Position numbers and translations under genes: made by a program. The notes beneath the pieces were generated by a model. That model had not been told where the DNA came from and did no database searches. It worked only from the letters and a program-made list of their open reading frames with translations. DNA of 64,000 bases, taken from Eledone cirrhosa. Taxonomy: Eukaryota. The DNA is taken from assembly GCA_964016885.1 (NCBI GenBank), contig OZ024764.1, forward strand, positions 3,968,001 to 4,032,000. Direction: 5' to 3'. Positions within the stretch are counted from its first letter, which is position 1; each line of letters begins with the position of its first letter. Below are positions 14,467 through 33,191 of the stretch, in pieces.

Positions 14467-15055
14467 AGCATAAATGAATTGAGAGAGAGACTGAGCATAA
14501 GAGGAATCGAATGCTGTGTGCAGGAGAGGCGGTTGCGCTGGTATGGACATGTGATGCGTATGAAGGATGACAGCTGCATAAAAAGGTGCAGAGCACTAGA
14601 AGTTGATGGAAACCGCGGAGTGGGGAGACCCAAGATGACCTGGGATGAGGTGATAAAAGCCGACCTTACCCAATTGCACCTCTCAAAGACAATGACACAC
14701 GACCGTGACTTCTGGTGTCACGCAGTAATACAGAGTACCCGACCTCCCATGGGTACAAGCTGAAGCATATAGACAATATGCCCCCACGCCCCCCACCGCA
14801 AGATGGTCGTGGAGGTGCCACGGCAAAAAAGCACCCAGCCCACACTGTAAAGTGGACGTGTAGGCCCCACGAAAAAGCACCCAGCACTCACTGTAAATGA
14901 GGTTGGTGTTAGGAAGGGCATCCAGCTGTAGAAAGCAAGCCAGATCAGTTCCTGTATGAGCAAGGCATGGTCAGCCGACCAGACACTGCCCACAACAGAA
15001 CAACCCGTCTAACCCATGCTAGCGTGGAAGAACGGACGTAAAACGATGATGATGA
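14467..15055 (+). mobile_element. 3' fragment of RTE LINE family B (ORF end, 3' UTR, (GAT)n tail)
   Basis: Near-identical to 45440-46039. Preceded by a chimeric B-UTR/A-tail piece at 14303-14463. Confidence 0.92.
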
Positions 15056-15151
15056 TATATGTATATATATATGTATATGATATATATGTATATGATATAT
15101 ATGTATATATATATATATGTATATATATATGTATATATATATGTATATATA

Positions 15152-15445
15152 TTTCGTTTCTGAATTTGTTTAGCAAGATTCTTTATCTGAAATCGTGTGT
15201 TGAAACCGATATTGTTATACCTTGGGAGGGTCATGTTGCCAATAAGAAACACACGCACCAGTTGCTTTCACTTCAATTTATTATATATTTATAAATTTAC
15301 AAATTTACAAATTTATAAATTTCTGGTTGGTTGGTTGGTTCCACAACCAGATAGTTGTTTATATATAGTCATAGTCCTTTCGTCACACACTCTGTGACCT
15401 CTTCAGTGACTGGGGATTCCTTTCTTTGTTTCTGTGTGTGTGTTC
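15152..15445 (-). mobile_element. Solo pseudo-LTR of the second Penelope-like family, with hammerhead at 15367-15411
   Basis: Near-identical to 21412-21650. Minus strand reads AGTCA-CTGAAGA-G-GTCAC-AGAGTGT-GTGAC-GAAA-GGAC-TA-TGACT. Confidence 0.8.
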
Positions 15446-15460
15446 ATATATATATGTACG

Positions 15461-15528
<68 letters not shown>

Positions 15529-15532
15529 TATA

Positions 15533-15623
<91 letters not shown>

Positions 15624-15624
15624 G

Positions 15625-15657
<33 letters not shown>

Positions 15658-15664
15658 GTATATA

Positions 15665-15709
<45 letters not shown>

Positions 15710-15710
15710 G

Positions 15711-15743
<33 letters not shown>

Positions 15744-15756
15744 GTATATATATATG

Positions 15757-15787
<31 letters not shown>

Positions 15788-15812
15788 GTATATATATATA
15801 TATATATGTATA

Positions 15813-15895
<83 letters not shown>

Positions 15896-15896
15896 A

Positions 15897-15965
<69 letters not shown>

Positions 15966-15975
15966 ATATGTATAT

Positions 15976-16031
<56 letters not shown>

Positions 16032-16191
16032 GTATATATATATATGTATATGTATATTTCCGTGTATATGTATATATATATACATATATATGTATATATA
16101 TATATATATACGTATATATACATATATATAATATGTATATATATATATACGTATATATACATATATATATACATATATATATATATATACA

Positions 16192-16248
<57 letters not shown>

Positions 16249-16279
16249 TTATATATATATATATATATATATACATATT

Positions 16280-16317
<38 letters not shown>

Positions 16318-16462
16318 TATGTATATATATATACATATATATGTATATACATATATATGTGTATATATACATATATATATATATATAAATACATATATAT
16401 ACATATATATACATATATATACATATATATATACATATACATACACATATATATATATATAC
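15446..16462. repeat. Degenerate (TA)n/(TATG)n/(TACA)n microsatellite
   Basis: Directly visible. Confidence 0.97.
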
Positions 16463-17066
16463 ATTTGCAATAACAAAAAGAAAAGGAAAGCGAACGAAAG
16501 TAAGGGGGAAGGGAAGACGCGCACTGTTTAAATAAAAAATGAGAGGGAAAAAGCTGTGAAGGAACTTAAAAAGGAAGTGGTGAACAACTAACCAACAGCA
16601 GTATAAAAGGCGGCAGATAAAGAGAGAGGACATTTTTTTACTCTTCAAAAAAAAAAAAAGCGAGATTTATTGCAGTAAAATATTGAAAAGACTTCAGCTA
16701 ACAGTAATGTTATAATATATATATATACATATATCCACTCCTCACTCCCAAGCGTAAAACTAATACTAATATGTTTTGTATTGCCTCTACGTTTTTCTTC
16801 TTTTTTTGTTCACTGTTTATTTATTAAGCTATATATATATATATATATATTATATATTTATATATATTTATATTTATAATGAAAAATATTCCTTCGTGTA
16901 TATAATATATATATATTGGTATGTGTATATATATATATATACACGCATATATATATATATATTATATACACGAAGGAATATTTGTTATAAATATAGAGGT
17001 AATGTCGACATTGTTATTATTTTCACTGGCACCAAAACAGTATCACATATATATATATATATACAC

Positions 17067-17100
<34 letters not shown>

Positions 17101-17104
<4 letters not shown>

Positions 17105-17298
17105 AAGTATGATCCCGACGGCAGAGATCAAACCGTTTCGACGGCTATTTCTGGAAATATTGTCCAGAAATATCCGTCGAAACGGCTTGAGCTCTGCCGT
17201 CGGGGGTCATACTTTTTCCTATTACCCACTCTACTACCCTAAGTCTTGAGTACTCTGGTGCGTTATGGTCGATCTGGTTCCTTACGATAAACTCTTCG
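17101..17298 (+). repeat. ~55-bp-arm hairpin (17101-17218) followed by a pseudo-LTR-like terminal hairpin; probable Penelope remnant
   Basis: GAAAAAGTATGATCCCGACGGCAGAG... pairs with ...CTCTGCCGTCGGGGGTCATACTTTTTC and contains a GAAA-CGGC half-hammerhead. Flanked by (TA)n. Confidence 0.6.
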
Positions 17299-17384
17299 AT
17301 ATATATATATTAATTTCTCTATTTTCATTTATATATATATATATAAATATTTACACATACACCAATTAAACAAAGTCACATATA

Positions 17385-17900
17385 TCACTGGACATGCTTT
17401 ACTCTATAGTATATATATATATATATCACTGGACATGCTTTACTCTATAGTATATATATATATATATCACTGGACATGCTTTACTCTATAGTATATATAT
17501 ATCACTGGACATGATTTACTCTATAGTATATATATATCACTGGACATGCTTTACTCTATAGTATATATATATATATATATATATATCACTGGACATGCTT
17601 TACTCTATAGTATATATATATCACTGGACATGCTTTACTCTATAGTATATATATATCACTGGACATGCTTTACTCTATAGTATATATATATCACTGGACA
17701 TGCTTTACTCTATAGTGTGTATATATATATATATATATATCACTGGACATGCTTTACTCTATAGTGTATATATATATATATATATCTCACTGGACATGCT
17801 TTACTCTATAGTGTATATATATATATATATATATATATATCACTGGACATGCTTTACTCTATAGTATATATATATATCACTGGACATGCTTTACTCTATA

Positions 17901-17931
<31 letters not shown>

Positions 17932-17957
17932 CACTGGACATGCTTTACTCTATAGTA
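17385..17957. repeat. Compound minisatellite: CACTGGACATGCTTTACTCTATAG core plus variable (TA)n, ~14 units
   Basis: Directly visible. Confidence 0.95.
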
Positions 17958-18298
17958 TATACATATATATAAATAGGTCTGGTTATCACTTATTTGTTAT
18001 CATTTATTTTGTTTTGACCTGTTTAGCTTGATTTGGTTTTTGGCTTGGGTGGTTAATACTTTCTTGACCATCTTTTCAGTTTTGTATGGCTTCTTAACAC
18101 ATTGTTTAGCTCTGGATTTTAACTATGGAGCACTGAGCCATCGTCATTTCTGATTTTTGCGTTTCGCTTCGCTCTTTCTGCCCGCCAAAAATGCGATTCT
18201 ACTGAATCTTTATTTGTGTGTGTGTTTATAAACTGTATATATATATATGTAGGTGAAATGCGCATAATAAAATACTTGGAACTCTTTTAACCATCTTG

Positions 18299-18338
<40 letters not shown>

Positions 18339-18464
18339 AGGGTTGACGGACCCAGCATATATATATATATATATATTAATCTTAAGCTATTATATATTCA
18401 TATAACAGAAATAGTAGCCAAATCATTACCTACGATCTTGTGTGTACGTGTGTGTATATATATG

Positions 18465-18665
18465 CCATGATATTAAATATATTAAATAAAATATATTATA
18501 TATATATATATATACCATTATATTAAATAAATATATATTAAATATATATATATACCATGATATTAAATATATTAAATAAATATATATTAAATATATATAT
18601 ATACCATGATATTAAATATATTAAATATATTAAATAAATATATTAAATATATTAAATAAATATAT

Positions 18666-18701
<36 letters not shown>

Positions 18702-18735
18702 ATGATATTAAATATATATATATACACCATGATAT

Positions 18736-18783
<48 letters not shown>

Positions 18784-18935
18784 ATTAAATAAATATATTA
18801 AATATATATATACACCATGATATTAAATATATTAAATAAATATATTAAATATATATATATATATATATATACCATGATATTAAATATGTTAAATATATAT
18901 ATTTAATATATATATATATACCATGATATTAAATA
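18465..18935. repeat. AT-rich compound repeat CCATGATATTAAATATATTAAATAAA plus (TA)n
   Basis: Directly visible. Confidence 0.9.
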
Positions 18936-19245
18936 TATATTAAAAAAATTAGACCATCTATCTAGTGAAAATAATATATTTACACACCAAAAATATTTAT
19001 ATAAATAATCCGTTGTAATATAATAAACTAAAATATAATTACAACCTTAAAATATAATTATAAATATTATATAATATTATAACTCATGATTTGAATAGAT
19101 CCAATAATTAGTTGTATATCTCAATTTTTTTTAAAATTTATTTTATAGATACTACTAAAATATATGATTTTATAAATAAATAATTAAACATCATTATATC
19201 ACTCTCTTTACACCATCACTGATATGATCCATATAATTTTATCTT

Positions 19246-19590
19246 AATAATTTTCTACTTTTGGCACAAGGCCAGCAAATACCGCCATTGTATTACTGGT
19301 TCTTTATTTTATCGACCCCGTAATAATTGTTTCTACTTTTGGCACAAGGCCAGCAATTACCCCAGTGTATTACTTTTTACTTTATTTTATCGACCCCCGT
19401 AATAATCGTTTCTACTTTTGGCACAAGGCCAGCAATTACCCCAGTGTATTACTGGTGCTTTATTTTATCGACCCCGTAAGGATGAAAGGCAAAGTTAACC
19501 TTGGCGGTATTTGAACTCAGAATGGCAAGGGCCGTAACTCTTTGCGCCAAAAGCATGGCGTCCGACTCTCTACCGATACTGCCAATCCAC
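19246..19590 (-). mobile_element. tRNA-derived SINE (Meta/MESC-like) whose ~80-bp 3' end is triplicated
   Basis: TTTCTACTTTTGGCACAAGGCCAGCAA...TTTTATCGACCCCGTAA occurs three times in tandem. Confidence 0.8.
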
Positions 19591-19850
19591 CATTTTATTT
19601 AATAATAATAGTGTATTTCTAACTATAATTTGTTCTTATAATCATTCCTTAAATTTTCTCACACCATGACATTAATATTAGCGTCTCTTTTTTTTTTCCT
19701 TGTAAATTATCCTAATAATTATTGAAATTTATCTAACGTCTAAATTTATCGATCTTTTTTCAGCCTTACGTTTCTTTCTCTATCCAGACTGAATCTGAAC
19801 CGATAAGGTCTGGTTTATTGGGTATGTCACCATTTATGAAACAAATTTTG

Positions 19851-20124
19851 TATTTTACCTGATGAGTGTACCAAAATTTTGGTACCCTTGAAATATATAT
19901 TTGTTTCTACTTTAGGCACAAGGCCAGCAATTACCCAGTGCATCACTGGTACTTTATTTTATCGACCCCGTAAGGATGAAAGGCAAAGTCAACCTCGGCG
20001 GGATTTGAACTCAGATCGTAAAGGGACGTAACTATGCTTGAAAGCATGGCGTCCGACCCTCTACCGATACTGCCAATCCACAATATAATATATATTTCAC
20101 CCTTGAAATATATATTATAAAATA
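19851..20124 (+). ncRNA. Hammerhead motif split by an antisense SINE (19902-20080) with an 18-bp target-site duplication
   Basis: TATTTTAC-CTGATGA-GTGTACCAAAATTTTGGTACCCTT-GAAA-TATATA-TT | SINE | ...ATAAAATA. ACCCTTGAAATATATATT occurs at both 19884-19901 and 20099-20116. Confidence 0.7.
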
Positions 20125-20280
20125 AATGTAGTTTTATAAATATAGTTTCCATTTATTAATATCAATGATATTATACTCCAGAAAATATGTAGAGTGCTTC
20201 GAATCTGTTATAAATATATTTGTTGAATAACCAACAAATTAAATATCTCTTTGCTGATATATATATATATATATATACTA

Positions 20281-21120
20281 GCAGCTCTTGTTCATTATAG
20301 TCCTCCAAGCCATAACAGAGGAGTTTAAGACTGGCTGTCCATGGGAACTTCTCTATGCTGACGATCTGGTTCTTATAGCAGAATCAGTAGAGGAGCTAGA
20401 GAATACATTCTGGCTATGGAAACAGCAGTTGGAAGCAAGAGGACTGAGAGTGAACCTAGCTAAGACGAAAGTGTTGATGAGTAGAAAAGAGGACAAAACT
20501 CTGATTCAGTCAGGGAAATGGCCTTGTTCAATATGCAGAAAACGAACTGGCATAAATTCTATAAAATGCACACAATGCAGACCCTGGGTACACAAGAGAT
20601 GTAGTGGGATAGCAGGCAAACTAACAGGTAGGGAGAAATATGTATGCAGTAGATGTACAGGGAAATTAGACAGTAGAAGTCGCATTGATAGACACATTTT
20701 TCAAATGCAGGCGGATGCTATAGAAGTGGTGGATATCTTCCGGTACCTAGGAGATCAGATTAGCATGGGAGGGGTGTTCTGAGGCCATAGTATCTAGGAT
20801 AAGGACAGGTTGGAAGAAGTTTAGGGAGCTGCTTCCTCTGCTGATGAAGAAGGGTTTCTCCCTGCGTACGAAAGGCCGGTTGTATGATGCCTGTATGAGG
20901 AGCGCGATGCTGCATGGTAGTGAGACATGGGCAGCAACTGCAGAGGATATGCGACGGCTGGAGAGAAATGCGGCAAGCATGCTCCGTTGGATGTGCAGTG
21001 TCAATTTGTGTGAACGACCCAACATGAATGTGTGAGAGAGAAACTGTGTCTGAGAGGGATAGAATGTAGTGTACGGGAGAGGAGACTGAGGTGGTATGGA
21101 CATGTGATGCGCATGGAGGA
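20281..21120 (+). mobile_element. Internal fragment of RTE LINE family A (YADD, PHD insert), frameshifted
   Basis: ORF pieces 20288-20782, 20844-21035 and 21032-21120 match family A. Both ends lie in (TA)n. Confidence 0.93.
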
Positions 21121-21198
21121 TATATATGTACATATATGTATATGTATGTATATATATATGTATATGTATATAGAAATGTATATATATATATATATGTA

Positions 21199-21239
<41 letters not shown>

Positions 21240-21411
21240 GTATGTATATGTATGTATATGTATATATGTATATGTATATATATGTATATATATGTATATG
21301 TATATATATGTGTATATCTGTATATATATATATATATGTATATGTATGTATATGTATGTATATGTATATATATGTATATGTATATATATGTGTATATATA
21401 TATATATATAT

Positions 21412-22370
21412 GTTGTTATACTTTGGGAGGGTCATGTTGCCAATAAGAAACACACGCACCAGTTGCTTTCACTTCAATTTATTATATATTTATAAATTCA
21501 TAAATTTACAAATCTACAAACTTATAAATTATAAATTTCTGGTTGGTTGGTTGGTTCCACAAGCAGATAGTTGTTTATATATATAGTCATAGTCCTTTCG
21601 TCACACACTCTGTGACCTCTTCAGTGACTGGGGATTCCTTTCTTCGTTTCTGTGCCTTTTCTTTCTTCTATCCTACGCCATTTTGTTTCTGTGTGTGTGT
21701 TGTGTGCTCAGTTTGCGCATGTGCCACATCCGGGTGTCTGTTTGTGTTCATTTTTCTATTTGTTTATTTATTTATTGTTGGTTGGTTGTTTGTTCTATGT
21801 GTGTGTGTGTTTTCATTTTGTCCTGTGTGTGTTTTCATTTTGTGTGTGTTTTCAATTGTAAGTTGTTTGTTCTATGTGTGTGTGTGTTTTCATTTTGTCC
21901 TTAATTGTAAGTTGTGATGTTGCTGTTCCACTCATATTTTCTATTTAATTTTGGTTTTAATTCTTTTATGCTTACTGCCTCTGTAATTTGCCTAAACATT
22001 GCGTCTTTTCTGTGCGTGGATTCTATTTTTATTTCTATGCTCTCTAATCTACCCCTGTGTTCTATCTTAGCATGTTGGTAGAGCACAGATGATTCTTTAT
22101 TATCTTGGAGGTCTCGCCAGTGTTCATTTATTCGTTCCCCTATACTACGAGCTGTCTCACCTATGTACACTATATTTTTGTTTCTACATTGTCCTTCAGT
22201 ACATCTTATGCTATACACTACATTTCTAGTTTTACAGTTAATATGGGGGCTTATTTTACAGGTTATACATTTCTTATCTATACATGAGGGTCTTTGGAAC
22301 GGGTATGTCTTGCTAATAAGTGTTTTTACGGAGGTACCAGGTCTTTCTACTATCTTAATATTGAGATTAT
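21412..22370 (-). mobile_element. 5'-truncated Penelope-like element (family 2): Cys-rich linker and GIY-YIG endonuclease, 3' pseudo-LTR with hammerhead at 21585-21629
   Basis: The frame extends upstream of 22218: [93 protein letters not shown]. Stop at 21901. Confidence 0.88.
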
Positions 22371-27352
<4,982 letters not shown>

Positions 27353-28331
27353 ATAAAATATTAAACAAATAATGAACAAACAATTCCTTATATTAAACAA
27401 AAAAAGTTCACTATTTAACGATCGTTTCTAGGGCATATATGTGCTATAATTGGTATGCATATTTAACAGATCTATGTACAAAATTATACAAAATTATACA
27501 AATTATCAAGATTAAATATACATACCTAACTCATATATACGCCGTCTTCAGAAATAATGAAGTATATTTATTGATAATAACAACAATTCAAAATATCAGT
27601 TCAAAATTGACCAATGAAAACACAAAGGGTTAAAAAAGCAGTTTGGTGTGTGTATATACATGTAAAACCCTACACACATTTTACAATAATGTGTGTATAA
27701 TATGTATGTGCATACTAAAAAGATGGATGCAAATAAAAAATTTCAAGGTTAATATCTCTGTAAGCCTAATGCGCTGATAAGATACGCAATGATACTTATG
27801 TAGTCAAGCATATAAATATATTTTTTTCATACTCACACATATCAGTATAATCACACATACATGTGCGTATTTATATAAATATACACATAACCACGAACAC
27901 ACAAACACACACACACCCCCCACTCACATTTATATATGTGGATATAAAATCATAAGCAAATAGAAATTAAGTCACTCACATAAACACACTGGTACACACA
28001 TTTCAAGATCAAGATACAGAAATTAGGTGGGAGGGGGGGGGAGGGGTCAGTATTAGGTTGTCAGACCAGACAGCCTAATATAAATGTATCTATAAATTAT
28101 GAAAAATAAAAAAATAAAAACAATAAAATATATTACATAATATAATGTACATACGCATACAGATATACATACACATACATACATGTACGCGCACATAGAG
28201 ATATCTACACATACATACATACACACATACCTATACTGTCATACACACACATACATTTACACGAACATACACATACACATATAAAAAGATAAAAATACGG
28301 ACACACACACACGCGCAACACATACACACAT

Positions 28332-28378
<47 letters not shown>

Positions 28379-28488
28379 TATACACACACACACATAGACT
28401 CATATATATATACATACACATACATATACTTATACATAAACATATATATCCCACACTCATACCACCATGAAAACACATACAAACATCC

Positions 28489-28536
<48 letters not shown>

Positions 28537-28921
28537 ATACACACACGTACACATATATGCATATATACATACACATATACACACATACACATATATATAT
28601 ATATACACACACACATAAAATACAGACATGCACATATATATATATATATATACATTTCATTACCCTTATATATACACATAGTATATATACATACACAACC
28701 TCACTTATACACATATACACATAAGTTATATTACAATAATAATAAAGAATAATATATATATATATATATATATATACATACATATACACACATATACACA
28801 TATACATACATACACATACATATACATACATACATACACATACATACATACACCTAAATATAAACATATATAAATACACACATACGAATAAAGACATATA
28901 TTCACACATAGACACCTATAT

Positions 28922-28960
<39 letters not shown>

Positions 28961-29052
28961 TATCTATATACACACACATACACATACATACACATATATA
29001 TATATATACACATATATACACACGCACACACATACAGACACACATACACACT

Positions 29053-29087
<35 letters not shown>

Positions 29088-30700
29088 ATGTGAGTGTGCG
29101 CAAATACATACATATATATACACACACACATACAAACACACACAAACACATACATATGCATACATGCATACACACACACATATATCACATAGATACGAAG
29201 ATAAACATATAAATAGAGAGACATACAAATATATACAGAACCCATATACACATACATGCAAACACGCATATACATATATACATATATACACACATATATA
29301 TTCCTATATACAAGCATACACATACGCACACATATATACATATACCTACACATATATATACCACACATTCACATACACGTACATATATAATACATATATA
29401 TACATACATATACATACATATGTATGTACAATCATATATACACACTCAATCTTACATTCATATTTACATGCTCATATATGTATTTTTATATCTAGAAATA
29501 AATACCAAAAAAACTATATAGACACCCATCTACCCATATATTCATACATATACACTTACAAAAACAGATGATAATAGTATGGGGGAAAGGGGGGGGTTTG
29601 GAGAAGGGGATCAAAGTAAATATATGTTTCAAGAAACCTATAATATTTTCCATATCTTAATTCAATATATGTTCTTACATATTTTCAATGCTAGGAAATA
29701 CGAAATCTATGCATCACAAAATAAAAAAGTATACCATTAATCATATGTCAACTAAACCAAAGATAGTCAACATATTGATTTCCAAGGTGTAAATTAGTTA
29801 GGTTTATAATATTTGAAGCAGAATTATGAAGTCAAACAGTAGTAGATTATTAATTACATTATAACTAAATTAAAGTTAATAATAGGGAAAAGAAACCCAA
29901 ATAAAAATAAAATAAAGTATTACATCGGTAGTAGCATATAAATTATATGTAAACTAAGTTAAAAATTATATATTTATTTCAATAGTATATGTTAATTAGT
30001 ATATGTTAATTAGGTATACAATACATAAAGCAGATATTGTATTTCATCAATAGCATAATATAATTATATGCAAATAAAAATCAAAATTAATACGCATACA
30101 CATACATATACATACACATACACATACATATACATATACATACACATATATATATATATATATATACACATATATACACACATACATACATATATAGTCA
30201 CATAAATATACATACAGATACACATACAATACACACATATACATATACATATAGATATACATATCTTTTCCAAAAAATTTGCACAGAATATATTAACTAG
30301 GTATATATCCAAAAACACCTCCCATTCTATGATTACATGAAATTCTGCAATTCGTCTGTACAAGGATACTAATTTTAAGCAAATTAAAATTAAAATTAAA
30401 GTTTTAGGTTGATTAAAGCTAAAACCAAATAATAAATATATTTCCAAAATGTATATTAATTAGGTCAATAATACTAAAAATTCATTCTCCGTCATAGGAT
30501 ACATGATATTATTTTGTTATAATTTATCTGTAAAAGAATTATAATAAAAAAAAAATTTTATAATAAAAGGTTAAACTAAATTAAAAAATTATAATAAAAG
30601 GTTAAAATAAGTTAAAATTAATCTATAAATTAAATTACTTAATATATATTAGTAATATTTAAATAAAAAAAAAAAAAAAAATAATAATAAAAAAAAATTT
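27353..30700 (-). repeat. Left arm of a ~3.35-kb inverted repeat (partner 33412-36760)
   Basis: The ORF track shows mirror-image ORFs whose coordinates sum to 64113 (e.g. 27439-27633 + and 36480-36674 -). Only one substitution was noticed (~29668 vs ~34446). Confidence 0.97.
27407..27561 (-). ncRNA. Hammerhead ribozyme motif, inverted copy of 36552-36706
   Basis: Reverse complement of 36552-36706. Confidence 0.7.
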
Positions 30701-30920
30701 CAACAAATAATAATAAAAAATAATAAAAAATAATAATAAAAAAAAATAATAAAAATAATAAAAAAATAATAATAAAAAATAATAATAAAAAAAAATAATA
30801 AAAAATAATAATAAAAAAAAATAATAAAAATAATAAAAAAATAATAATAAAAAATAATAATAAAAAAAAATTTCAACAAATAATAATAAAAAATTTCAAA
30901 AAATAATAATAAAAAAAAAT

Positions 30921-33191
30921 TTCAACACTTACAAGAATCCACCACACAACTTTTTACTTGAAGACTTCGAGAAAGACCTTTTTAATTTAATTAAACATCT
31001 CAAATTTAAAAAGTATAAATCCGTCTTTCAAAAGGACCTTGATTCTACCCTATTGGACCTAAAAAAGTCTAAAAAAATCCATGTCCACTCGGACAAAACT
31101 GGTAACTTGTATCATATGGATATTGAACATTATAATGAGTTCATATATAAAGAACTCAGAAAAAGTTATAAAAAATCTAATAATGCGTCACTCACCAACA
31201 TCAACAACAAAACACACAACATAGTAAAAAAACTAAATATTGAAGATAGAACTGAACCTTTGGCATTGAGAGGTCCACACTTCAACCTGAAAGATCACAA
31301 ATCTAACTTTAACTCTAATCCTTCTATTAGACTTATATGTCCCTCCAAATCAGATATTGGAATAATTAGCAAAAAAATTTTAGATAGAGTCATCCCACAA
31401 ATAAGAAAATACGTTATTTTACCACTCTGGGAAAACACCTCCCAGGTAATTAATTGGTTTAAAAATATTAGGTGTAAATCTTCTGCTTCTTTCCTACAGT
31501 TTGATATAGATAACTATTATTCTTCTATATCACCCATACTCCTGAACAAAGCATTAATATTTGCTAAAAATAGATCTAATTTAACTTCGGATGACATTAA
31601 CATTATTACACATGCTAGACAAACACTTATTGAATTTCAGAATGAATACTGGACCAGAAACACTTATAGTAATCTTTTTGATATTACTATGGGTTCAAGC
31701 GATTCTGCCCAAATTACTGATCTTGTGGGCCTCTTTCTCCTTTTCAACATAAATGCCTCTTTTCCCCACCTCAAAGGTGGTTTATATCGTGATGACTGTC
31801 TTCTTCTTTCTAACAACCTTAGCCTTTCAGAAATCGAAAAAAACAAAAAGCATATTAGAACTTTCCTTAAGGACTATTATAATCTTAATATTACTTTTGA
31901 AAAAACAAGTAAAGTAGTAAATTTCCTAGATATAACTTTAGATTTAGCTACGGGTATATACCAACCTTACCATAAACCTAACCAAAACTTACATTACATA
32001 CACTCACAATCTAATCACCCTAAATCTATCCTTAAAAACCTTGCATATAATATATCACTTAGAATTTCTAACCTTTCTTCTAACCAAGATGTATTTGATA
32101 AAAATGCGACCTTTTATAATGAAGCTCTAGATAGAAGTGGCCACAAAAATAGATTAGAGTATATAACTTCTACTAAAAATACTGAAAACATACAGCATAA
32201 TATTACCAACAAACACCAAATGAAAGGTACACACCTAAATGCCACCCACAGTATACCCCAAAATACTAAATCTTCTAATATAAAGTATAGTAACCCTCAA
32301 AAAACTACTCATCATAAGACTATAATAAATATTAATAATAAAACTCCTAATAAAAAAGATAAAACACCTAAATCTACAAATATAACTAAAAATAGTTGTG
32401 GTGAGATCATTAACATTATTCCTCCTAGTAAAAATCATGATACAACATATAAAAATAATAAAAATAATAAACAACATAGAAACCGTAATAGACGAGTTAC
32501 TTGGTATAATGCTCCTTTTAATTTACAAGTTAAGGATAATATTGCTAAAAAATTTTTTTATATCCTTGAGAAAAACTTCCCGCCAAACCACAAATACCAT
32601 CAAATCTTAAATAGGTCTACAGTTAAATTCTCATATTCTACAACAAATAACATAAAACAAAATATAAGTGCATATAATGCATATAAATGTAAGAAAACTA
32701 TAAGTATACCACCAGTACATCAAATTAACAATAATATCTCCTCAAATACAGAATTAACGAAAGGATGTAACTGTAGAAACAAAACAAACTGCCCATTAAA
32801 AGGGAATTGTCTTGTTAACAACATAGTCTATAAATGTAATGTTAAAACTAAAGATTCTATTTGCTCATATATAGGAGCTACCTCTAACAATTTTAAGACA
32901 AGGTATAATACCCACAAACATAGCTTTAAAAATGCCGCACTGGCTAATACAACATCTCTAGCAGAAAAAATCAATAGTTATAAAAATAAAAATATAAAAT
33001 ATGATTTGACCTGGAGTGTGCTCAAAAGAGCCACCCCTTATCAAAATAATAGAAAGGAATGTAGATTATGTTCCCAAGAACTATTTGAAATAATGAAGTC
33101 TAGGGATATCTTATTAAATAAAAGACAGGAATTAATTATATCGTGTAATCATAAACTAAAAAAAACATTTAAATATTATAAACCTAATTAA
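30921..33191 (+). CDS. Penelope-like reverse transcriptase with C-terminal GIY-YIG endonuclease; open frame, no ATG start (5'-truncated)
   Basis: RT motifs LKDHK..RLICPSKSDIG, FLQFDIDNYYSSI, MGSSDSAQITDLVG, GLYRDD, VNFLDITL and YIHSQSNHP. EN: CNCRNKTNCPLKGNC-NIVY..YIGAT..FKTRYNTH..CRLCSQE..LNKRQE..CNH. The frame is open upstream of the 31053 TTG to at least 30921. Confidence 0.93.
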   Translation, partial: FNTYKNPPHNFLLEDFEKDLFNLIKHLKFKKYKSVFQKDLDSTLLDLKKSKKIHVHSDKTGNLYHMDIEHYNEFIYKELRKSYKKSNNASLTNINNKTHNIVKKLNIEDRTEPLALRGPHFNLKDHKSNFNSNPSIRLICPSKSDIGIISKKILDRVIPQIRKYVILPLWENTSQVINWFKNIRCKSSASFLQFDIDNYYSSISPILLNKALIFAKNRSNLTSDDINIITHARQTLIEFQNEYWTRNTYSNLFDITMGSSDSAQITDLVGLFLLFNINASFPHLKGGLYRDDCLLLSNNLSLSEIEKNKKHIRTFLKDYYNLNITFEKTSKVVNFLDITLDLATGIYQPYHKPNQNLHYIHSQSNHPKSILKNLAYNISLRISNLSSNQDVFDKNATFYNEALDRSGHKNRLEYITSTKNTENIQHNITNKHQMKGTHLNATHSIPQNTKSSNIKYSNPQKTTHHKTIININNKTPNKKDKTPKSTNITKNSCGEIINIIPPSKNHDTTYKNNKNNKQHRNRNRRVTWYNAPFNLQVKDNIAKKFFYILEKNFPPNHKYHQILNRSTVKFSYSTTNNIKQNISAYNAYKCKKTISIPPVHQINNNISSNTELTKGCNCRNKTNCPLKGNCLVNNIVYKCNVKTKDSICSYIGATSNNFKTRYNTHKHSFKNAALANTTSLAEKINSYKNKNIKYDLTWSVLKRATPYQNNRKECRLCSQELFEIMKSRDILLNKRQELIISCNHKLKKTFKYYKPN

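Noticed and set aside
5021-17957. CRISPR-like appearance of constant repeats with variable spacers (5021-11865, 17385-17957)
   Set aside because: Spacers are only (TA)n of varying length, there are no cas genes, and the context is eukaryotic.
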